From: Raillietiella orientalis
Taxonomy: Eukaryota
Assembly (NCBI GenBank): GCA_036172245.1
Contig: JAYWIR010000152.1
Coordinates: 1 to 61,115 of the forward strand
Direction: 5' to 3'
Length of the DNA: 61,115 nucleotides
The notes beneath the pieces are model-generated. The model ran no database searches. It was not told the DNA's origin and worked only from the letters and a program-made list of their open reading frames with translations. Position numbers and translations under genes: made by a program. Numbering within the stretch: position 1 is the first letter of the stretch; each line of letters opens with the position of its first letter. Positions 51,501-61,115 of this stretch are shown here, piece after piece.

Positions 51501-54500
51501 AAAGTGCGATGGTGAAATCTTCTGAATTCGATTTCATTTCAAAACCTTAAAAGTGGCAAATTTTGACCAAATAATGAATAAGAGCGAAGGAGAAGATTGC
51601 CTTTCAAATTCCGACATTGGTTACCATGAAAACAACACAGAATGCAAAGTGCCACGCCCTAATGAAATGTCGAACTCTTCTTAATGATGCTCTGAATCCA
51701 GGAAATAGGGAGGCTCAACGGCTCTCCATGACGGGAATGTGCCACTCACTCCAAATGGATGCTTTGTGAAGAGACGCAAAAGTGTAATGGTGAAATCTTC
51801 TGAATTCGAGTTCATTTCAAAACCTGAAAAGTGGCAAATTTGGACCAAATAATCAATCAGAGCGAAGAAGATTGCCTTTCAAATTCCGACATTGGTTACC
51901 ATGAAAACAACACAGAATGCAAAGTGCCACGCCCTAATTAAATGTCGGACTCCTCCTAATGATCCTCTGAAACCAGGAAATTGGGAGGCTCTTCGGCTCT
52001 CCATGACAAGAATTTGCCACTCACTGCAAATCGATGCTACGTGAAGAGTCGCAAAAGTGCAATGGTGAAATCTTCTGAATTCGAGTTCATTTCAAAACCT
52101 GAAAAGTCGCAAATTTCGACCAAATAATGAATAAGAGCGAAAAAAAAGATTGCCTTTCAAATTCCAACATTGGTTACCATGAAAACAACACAGAATGGAA
52201 AGTGCCACGCCCTAATGAAATGTCGGACTCTTCCTAATGATCCTCTGAATCCAGGAAATTGAGGCCCTTCGGCTCTCCATGACGGGAATTTGCCACTCAC
52301 TGCAAATGGATGCTTCGTGAAGAGGCGCAAATGTACAATGGTGAAATCTCCTGACTTGGAGTTCATTACTAAACCTGAAAAGTGGCAAATTTGGACCAAA
52401 TAATGAATCAGATCGAAGAAGATTGCCTTTCAAATTCCGACATTGGTTACCATAAAAACAACACAGAATGCAAAGTGCTACGCCCTAATGAAATGTCGGA
52501 CTCTTCTTAGTGATCCTCTGAATCCAGGAAATAAGGAGGCTCAGCGGCTCTCCATGACGGGAATGTGCCACTCACTCCAAATGGATGCTTCGTGAAAAGA
52601 CGCAAAAGTGCAATGGTGAAATCTTCTGAATTCGAGTTCATTTCAAAACCTGAAAAGTGGCAAATTTGGACCAAATAATGAATCAGAGCGAAGAAGATTG
52701 CCTTTCAAATTCCGACATTGGTTACCATAAAAACAACACAGAATGCAAAGTGCTACGCCCTAATGAAATGTCGGACTCTTCTTAATGATCCTCTGAAACC
52801 AGGAAATTGGGAGGCTCTTCGGCTCTCCATGACAAGAATTTGCCACTCACTGCAAATCGATGCTACGTGAAGAGGCGCAAAAGTGCAATGGTGAAATCTT
52901 CATAATTCGAGTTCATTTCAAAACCTGAAAAGTCGCAAATTTCGACCAAATAATGAATAAGAGCGAAAAGAAGATTGCCTTTCAAATTCCAACATTGGTT
53001 ACCATGAAAACAACACAGAATGAAAGTGCCACGCCCTAATGAAATGTCGGACTCTTCCTAATGATCCTCTGAAACCAGGAAATTGGGAGGCTCTTCGGCT
53101 CTCCATGACGGGAATTTGCCACTCACTGCAAATCGATGCTACGTGAAGAGGCGCAAAAGTGCAATGGTGAAATCTTCTCAATTCGATTTCATTTCAAAAC
53201 CTGAAAAGTGGCAAATTTAGACCAAATAATGAATCAGAGCGAAGAAGATTGCCTTTCAAATTCCGACATTGGTTACCATAAAAACAACACAGAATGCAAA
53301 GTGCTACGCCCTAATGAAATGTCGGACTCTTCTTAATGATCCTCTGAAACCAGGAAATTGGGAGGCTCTTTGGCTCTCCATGACAAGAATTTGCCACTCA
53401 CTGCAAATCGATGCTACGTGAAGACGCGCAAAAGTGCAATGGTGAAATCTTCTGAATTCGAGTTCATTTCAAAACCTGAAAAGTCGCAAATTTCGACCAA
53501 ATAATGAATAAGAGCGAAAAAGAAGATTGCCTTTCAAATTCCAACATTGGTTACCATGAAAACAACACAGAATGCAAAGTGCCACGCCCTAATTAAATGT
53601 CGGACTCCTCCTAATGATCCTCTGAAACCAGGAAATTGGGAGGCTCTTCGGCTCTCCATGACAAGAATTTGCCACTCACTGCAAATCGATGCTTCGTGAA
53701 GAGGCGCAAAAGTGCAATGGTGAAATCTTCTGAATTCGAGTTCATTACAAAACCTGAAAAGTGGCAAATTTCGACCAAATAATGAATAAGAGCGAAGGAG
53801 AAGATTGCCTTTCAAATTCCGACATTGGTTACCATGAAAACAACACAGAATGCAAAGTGCCACGCCCTAATGAAATGTCGGACTCTTCTTAATGATCCTC
53901 TGAAACCAGGAAATTGAGAGGCTCTTCGGCTCTCCATGACGGGAATTTGCCACTCACTGCAAATGGATGCTTCGTGAAGAGGCGCAAAAGTGCAATGGTG
54001 AAATCTTCTGACTTCGAGTTCATTACAAAAGCTGAAAAGTGGCAAATTAGGACCAAATAATGAATCAGAGCGAAGGAGAAGATTGCCTTTCAAATTCCGA
54101 CATTGGTTACCATAAAAACAACACAGAATGCAAAGTGCTACGCCCTAATGAAATGTCGGACTCTTCTTGATGATCCTCTGAAACCAGGAAATTGGGAGGC
54201 TCTTCGGCTCTCCATGACGGGAATTTGCCACTCACTGCAAATGGATGCTACGTGAAGAGGCGCAAAAGTGCAATGGTGAAATCTTCTGAATTCGAGTTCA
54301 TTTCAAAACCTGAAAAGTGGCAAATTTCGACCAAATAATGAATAAGAGCGAAGGAGAAGATTGCCTTTCAAAGACATCGTAACATTAAAACACACAGAAT
54401 GAATGCCACCCAAGAAATGTCGGACTCCTTGACTGAAACCAGGAAATTGAGGCTCTTTCTCATGACGGGACCTCCATGATGCTAGTGAAGAGGCGAAGTC

Positions 54501-57500
54501 AATGGTGAAACTGAATTCGATTCATTTCAAAAGAAAATATTTTGACCAAATAATGAATAAGAGCGAAGAAAAGATTGCCTTTCATAACACTATGAAAACA
54601 ACACAGAATGCAAAGTGCCACGCCCTAATGAAATGTCGGACTCTTCTTAATGATCCTCTGAAACCAGGAAATTGGAGGCTCTTCGGCTCTCCATGACGGG
54701 AATTTGCCACTCACTGCAAATGGATGCTTCGTGAAGAGGCGCAAAAGTGCAATGGTGAAATCTTCTGACTTCGAGTTGATTATAAAAGCTGAAAAGTAAC
54801 AAATTTCCACCAAATAATGAATAAGAGTGAAGGAGAAGATTGCCTTTCAAATTCCGACTTTGGTTACCATGAAAACAACACAGAATGCAAAGTGCCACGC
54901 CCTAATATATGTCGGACTCTTCATAATGATCCCCTGAAACCAGGAAATGGAGGCTCTTCGGCTCTCCATAACGGGAATTTTGCCACTCACTGCAAATGGA
55001 TGCTTCGTGAAGAGGCGCAAATGTACAATGGTGAAATTTTCTGACTTGGAGTTCATTACTAAACCTGAAAAGTGGCACATTTGGACCAAATAATGAATCA
55101 GAGCGAAGGAGAAGATTGCCTTTCAAATTCCGACTTTCGTTACCATGAAAACAACACAGAATGCAAAGTGCCACGCCCTAATGAATATTGGACTCTTCTT
55201 AATGATCCTCTGAAACCAGGAAATTAGGAGGCTCTTCGGCTGTCCATGACGGGAATTTGCCACTCACTGCAAATCGATGCTACGTGAAGAGGCGCAAAAG
55301 TGCAATGGTGAAATCTTCTGAATTCGATTTCATTTCAAAACCTGAAAAGTTGCAAATTTTGACCAAATAATGAATAAGAGCGAAGGAGAAGATTGCCTTT
55401 CACATTCCAACATTGGTTACCATGAAAACAACACAGAATGCAAAGTGCCACGCCCTAATGAAATGTCGGACTCTTCCTAATGATCCTCTGAAACCAAGAA
55501 ATTGGGAGGCTCTTCGGCTCTCCATGACAAGAATTTGCCACTCACTGCAAATCGATGCTACGTGAAGAGGTGCAAAAGTGCAATGGTGAAATCTTCTGAC
55601 TTCGAGTTGATTATAAAAGCTGAAAAGTAACAAATTTCCACCAAATAATGAATAAGAGTGAAGGAGAAGATTGCCTTTAAAATTCCATCTTTCGTTACCA
55701 TGAAAACAACACAGAATGCAAAGTGCCACGCCCTAATATATGTCGGACTCTTCATAATGATCCCCTGAAACCAGGAAATTGGGAGGCTCTTCGGCTCTCC
55801 ATAACGGGAATCTTTCCACTCACTGCAAATGGATGCTTCGTGAAGAGGCGCAAATGTACAATGGTGAAATCTTCTGACTTGGAGTTCATTACTAAACCTG
55901 AAAAGTGGCACATTTGTACCAAATAATGAATCAGAGCGAAGGAGAAGATTGCCTTTCAAATTCCGACATTGTTTACCATGAAAACAACACAGAATGCAAA
56001 GTGCCACGCCCTAATGAAATGTCGGACTATTCTTCATGATCCTCTGAATCCAGGAAATAGGGAGGCTCAGCGGCTCTCCATGAAGGGAATGTGCCACTCA
56101 CTCCAAATGGATGCTTCGTGAAGAGACGCAAAAGTGCAATGGTGAAATCTTCTGAATTCGAGTTCATTTCAAAACCTGAAGAGTGGCAAATTTTGACCAA
56201 ATAATGAATCAGAGCGAAGAAGATTGCCTTTCAAATTCCGACATTGGTTTCCACAAAAACAACACAGAATGCAAAGTGCTACGCCCTAATGAAATGTCGG
56301 ACTCTTCTTAATGATCCTCTGAAACCAGGAAATTGGGAGGCTCTTCGGCTCTCTATGACAAGAATTTGCCACTCACTGCAAATCGATGCTACGCGAAGAG
56401 GCGCAAAAGTGCAATCGTGAGATCTTCTGAATTCGAGTTCATTTCAAAACCTGAAAAGTAGCAAATTTTAACCAAATAATGAATAAGAGCGAAGGAGAAG
56501 ATTGCCTTTCACATTCCAACATTGGTTACCATGGAAACAACACAGAATGCAAAGTGCCACGCCCAAATGAAATGTCGGACTCTTCCTAATGATCCTCTGA
56601 AACCAGGAAATTGGGAGGCTCTTCGGCTCTCCACGACGGGAATTTTGCCACTCACTGCAAATGGATGCTTCGCGAAGAGGCGCAAAAGTGCAATGGTGAA
56701 ATCTTCTGAATTCGAGTTCATTACTAAACCTGAAAAGTGGCACATTTGGACCAAATAATGAATCAGAGCGAAGGAGAAGATTGCCTTTCAAATTCCGACA
56801 TTGGTTACCATGAAAACAACACAGAATGCAAAGTGCCACGCTTTAATGAAATGTCGGACTCTTCTTAATGATCCTCTGAATCCAGGAAATAGGGAGGCTC
56901 AGCGGCTCTCCATGACGGGAATGTGCCAGTCACTCCAAATGGATGCTTCGTGAAGAGACGCAAAAGTGCAATGGTGAAATCTTCTGAATTCGAGTTCATT
57001 TCAAAACCTGAAAAGTGGCAAATTTTGACCAAATAATGAATAAGAGCGAAGGAGAAGATTGCCTTTCACATTCCAACATTGGTTACCATGGAAACAACAC
57101 AGAATGCAAAGTGCCACGCCCTAATGAAATGTCGGACTCTTCCTAATGATCCTCTGAAACCAGGAAATTGGGAGGCTCTTCGGCTCTCCATGAAGGGAAT
57201 TTGCCACTCACAGCAAATCGATGCTACGTGAAGAGGTGCAAAAGTGCAATGGTGAAATCTTCTGACTTCGAGTTGATTAAAAAAGCTGAAAAGTGGCAAA
57301 TTTCCACCAAATAATGAATAAGAGTGAAGGAGAAGATTGCCTTTCAAATTCCGACATTGGTTACCATGAAAACAACACAGAATGCAAAGTGCCACGCCCT
57401 AATGAATATCGGACTCTTCTTAATGATCCTCTGAAACCAGGAAATTAGGAGGCTCTTCGGCTCTCCATGACGGGAATTTGCCACTCACTGCAAATCGATG

Positions 57501-60333
57501 CTACGTGAAGAGGCGCAAAAGTGCAATGGTGAAATCTTCTGAATTCGATTTCATTTCAAAACCTGAAAAGTGGCAAATTTTGACCAAATAATGAATAAGA
57601 GCGAAGGAGAAGATTGCCTTTCACATTCCAACATTGGTTACCATGAAAACAACACAGAATGCAAAGTGCCACGCCCTAATGAAATGTCGGACTCTTCCTA
57701 ATGATCCTCTGAAACCAAGAAATTGGGAGGCTCTTCGGCTCTCCATGACAAGAATTTGCCACTCACTGCAAATCGATGCTACGTGAAGAGGTGCAAAAGT
57801 GCAATGGTGAACTCTTCTGACTTCGAGTTGATTATAAAAGCTGAAAAGTAACAAATTTCCACCAAATAATGAATAAGAGTGAAGGAGAAGATTGCCTTTA
57901 AAATTCCATCTTTCGTTACCATGAAAACAACACAGAATGCAAAGTGCCACGCCCTAATATATGTCGGACTCTTCATAATGATCCCCTGAAACCAGGAAAT
58001 TGGGAGGCTCTTCGGCTCTCCATAACGGGAATTTTGCCACTCACTGCAAATGGATGCTTCGTGAAGAGGCGCAAATGTACAATGGTGAAATCTTCTGACT
58101 TGGAGTTCATTACTAAACCTGAAAAGTGGCACATTTGGACCAAATAATGAATCAGAGCGAAGGAGAAGATTGCCTTTCAAATTCCGACATTGGTTACCAT
58201 GAAAACAACACAGAATGCAAAGTGCCACGCCCTAATGAAATGTCGGACTCTTCTTAATGATCCTCTGAATCCAGGAAATAGGGAGGCTCAGCGGCTCTCC
58301 ATGACGGGAATGTGCCACTCACTCCAAATGGATGCTTCGTGAAGAGACGCAAAAGTGCAATGGTGAAATCTTCTGAATTCGAGTTCATTTCAAAACCTGA
58401 AGAGTGGCAAATTTTGACCAAATAATGAATCAGAGCGAAGAAGATTGCCTTTCAAATTCCGACATTGGTTACCATAAAAACAACACAGAATGCAAAGTGC
58501 TACGCCCTAATGAAATGTCGGACTCTTCTTAATGATCCTCTGAAACCAGGAAATTGGGAGGCTCTTCGGCTCTCCATGACAAGAATTTGCCACTCACTGC
58601 AAATCGATGCTACGTGAAGAGGCGCAAAAGTGCAATGGTGAAATCTTCTGAATTCGAGTTCATTTCAAAACCTGAAAAGTCGCAAATTTCGACCAAATAA
58701 TGAATAAGAGCGAAAAAGAAGATTGCCTTTCAAATTCCAACATTGGTTACCATGAAAACAACACAGAATGCAAAGTGCCACGCCCTAATGAAATGTCGGA
58801 CTCTTCCTAATGATCCTCTGAAACCAGGAAATTGGGAGGCTCTTCGGCTCTCCATGACGGGAATTTGCCACTCACTGCAAATGGATGCTTCGTGAAGAGG
58901 CGCAAATGTACAATGGTGAAATCTTCTGACTTGGAGTTCATTACTAAACCTGAAAAGTGGCACATTTGGACCAAATAATGAATCAGAGCGAAGGAGAAGA
59001 TTGCCTTTCAAATTCCGACATTGGTTACCATGAAAACAACACAGAATGCAAAGTGCCACGCCCTAATGAAATGTCGGACTCTTCTTAATGATCCTCTGAA
59101 TCCAGGAAATAGGGAGGCTCAGCGGCTCTCCATGACGGGAATGTGCCACTCACTCCAAATGGATGCTTCGTGAAGAGACGCAAAACTGCAATGGTGAAAT
59201 CTTCTGAATTCGAGTTCATTTCAAAACCTGAAAAGTGGCAAATTTGGACCAAATAATGAATCAGAGCGAAGAAGATTGCCTTTCAAATTCCGACATTGGT
59301 TACCATAAAAACAACACAGAATGCAAAGTGCTACGCCCTAATGAAATGTCGGACTCTTCCTAATGATCCTCTGAAACCAGGAAATTGGGAGGCTCTTCGG
59401 CTCTCCATGACGGGAATTTGCCACTCACTGCAAATCGATGCTACGTGAAGAGGTGCAAAAGTGCAATGGTGAAATCTTCTGACTTCGAGTTTATTATAAA
59501 AGCTGAAAAGTAACAAATTTCCACCAAATAATGAATAAGAGTGAAGGAGAAGATTGCCTTTCAAATTCCGACTTTCGTTACCATGAAAACAACACAGAAT
59601 GCAAAGTGCCACGCCGTAATGAAATGTCGGACTCTTCTGAATGATCCTCTGAAACCAGGAAATTGAGACCCTTCGGCTCTCCATGACGGAAATTTGCCAC
59701 TCACTGCAAATGGATGCTTCGTGAAGAGGCGCAAATGTACAATGGTGAAATCTTCTGACTTGGAGTTCATTACTAAACCTGAAAAGTGGCACATTTGGAC
59801 CAAATAATGAATCAGAGCGAAAAAGAAGATTGCCTTTCAAATTCCAACATTGGTTACCATGAAAACAACACAGAATGGAAAGTGCCACGCCCTAATGAAA
59901 TGTCGGACTCTTCCTAATGATCCTCTGAAACCAGGAAATTGGGAGGCTCTTCGGCTCTCCATGACGGGAATTTGCCACTCACTGCAAATCGATGCTACGT
60001 GAAGAGGCGCAAAAGTGCAATGGTGAAATCTTCTGAATTCGAGTTCATTTCAAAACCTGAAAAGTCGCAAATTTTGACCAAATAATGAATAAGAGCGAAG
60101 GAGAAGATTGCCTTTCACATTCCAACATTGGTTACCATGAAAACAACACAGAATGCAAAGTGCCACGCCCTAATGAAATGTCGGACCCTTCCTAATGATC
60201 CTCTGAAACCAAGAAATTGGGAGGCTCTTCGGCTCTCCATGACAAGAATTTGCCACTCACTGCAAATCGATGCTACGTGAAGAGGTGCAAAAGTGCAATG
60301 GTGAACTCTTCTGACTTCGAGTTGATTATACAT

Positions 60334-61115
60334 GACATCAGAATGGTTGTAAGGAATCTACTTTTACTTCCTGCATCCAAATAGAATCTTCAGAGTGCAT
60401 CAAAAAAATTCCTCTCTCTTTTCTATTTCCAATGCGGTGTTCTCCCGCCAAATCTCCGCACTTGCACGTAAACGACCATAGCCGGTTCCCGATGATTTCG
60501 GTGGCAATCCTGAGACATCAGAATGGTTGGAAGCAATCTACTTTCACTTCCTGCATCCAGATAGAATCTTCAAAGTGCATCAAAAAACTCCTCTCTCTTT
60601 TCTATTTCCAATGCGGTGTTTTCCCGCCAAATCTCCGCACTTGCACGTAAACGACCATAGGCGGTTACAGATGATTTCGGTCGCAATCCTGAGACATCAG
60701 AATGGTTGGAATCAATCAACTTGCACTTCCTGCATCCAAATAGAATCTTCAAAGTGCATCAAAAAAATTCCTCTCTCTTTTCTATTTCCAATGCGGTGTT
60801 TTCCCGCCAAATCTCCGCACTTGCACGTAAACGACCATGGCCGGTTCCCGATGATTTCGGTCGCAATCCTGAGACATCAGAATGGTTGGAAGCAATCTAT
60901 TTTCACTTCCTGCATCCAAATAGAATCTTCAAAGTGCATCAAAAAAATTCCTCTCTTTTTTCTATTTTCAATGCGGTGTTTTCCCGCCAAAACTCCGCAC
61001 TTGCACTTAAATGACCATGGGCGGTTCCCGATGATTTCGGTCGCAATCCTGAGACATCAGAATGGTTGGAAGCAATCTACTTTCACTTCCTGCATCCAGA
61101 TAGAATCTTCAAAGT
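60334..61115. repeat. Tandem satellite 2, 179-180 bp monomer, about 4.3 copies, running off the window end
   Basis: GACATCAGAATGGTTG at 60334, 60514, 60693, 60873, 61053. Unit GACATCAGAATGGTTGGAAGCAATCTACTTTCACTTCCTGCATCCAAATAGAATCTTCAAAGTGCATCAAAAAAATTCCTCTCTCTTTTCTATTTCCAATGCGGTGTTTTCCCGCCAAATCTCCGCACTTGCACGTAAACGACCATGGCCGGTTCCCGATGATTTCGGTCGCAATCCTGA. Confidence 0.97.

Larger units (their letters stand above)
2476..60330. repeat. Tandem satellite 1, ~277 bp monomer (275-279 bp), about 208 head-to-tail copies
   Basis: The AAACCAGGAAATTG anchor (or its AATCC variant) recurs at 2476, 2754, 3032, 3308, 3583... Consensus AAACCAGGAAATTGGGAGGCTCTTCGGCTCTCCATGACGGGAATTTGCCACTCACTGCAAATCGATGCTACGTGAAGAGGCGCAAAAGTGCAATGGTGAAATCTTCTGAATTCGAGTTCATTTCAAAACCTGAAAAGTGGCAAATTTCGACCAAATAATGAATAAGAGCGAAGGAGAAGATTGCCTTTCAAATTCCGACATTGGTTACCATGAAAACAACACAGAATGCAAAGTGCCACGCCCTAATGAAATGTCGGACTCTTCCTAATGATCCTCTG. 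No inversion or foreign insertion seen. Confidence 0.99.

Noticed and set aside
2476..60330. CRISPR-like array or a giant mitochondrial control-region repeat
   Set aside because: There are no unique spacers or cas genes. The array interrupts cob mid-gene, lacks the mitochondrial base skew, and adjoins a second satellite.
2663..60333. Hundreds of near-identical 60-185 aa ORFs (MALCILCCFHGNQCRNLKG..., etc.)
   Set aside because: They are translations of the satellite in several frames and both strands. Monomer lengths (275-279 bp) break frame, stops are polymorphic, and no protein motif is recognisable.
60334..61115. Common ancestry of satellites 1 and 2 (shared AAAGTGCA, AATCTTC, CAGAATGG), and ORFs in satellite 2
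   Set aside because: Shared words are only 7-8 nt and not convincingly collinear. The ORFs simply reflect a 180-bp unit divisible by three and are broken by stops or indels.

Overview
Animal (invertebrate, arthropod-like) DNA in three blocks; no prokaryotic genes. (1) 1-2475 is mitochondrial-type sequence read on its GT-rich strand: most of rrnL (16S), an intact nad1 (invertebrate mito code), a T-armless trnP (+), a T-armless trnT (-), a degenerate trnT duplicate with a TTT anticodon (-), and the 3' end of cob (-). (2) cob is cut at ~2475/2476 and fused directly to a ~57.9 kb head-to-tail satellite array of ~275-279 bp monomers (about 208 copies, one orientation). The array has several monomer subtypes, local higher-order repeats (3-, 6-, 8-, 9/10- and 15-mer periods), long-range block duplications, and two indel-riddled patches that look like assembly-consensus errors. 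(3) At 60331-60334 it switches abruptly to a different ~180 bp satellite that runs to the window end. The best reading is a recent NUMT abutting (peri)centromeric-type satellite DNA; a chimeric assembly join is not excluded. All supplied ORFs beyond 2476 are artefacts of translating the satellites.
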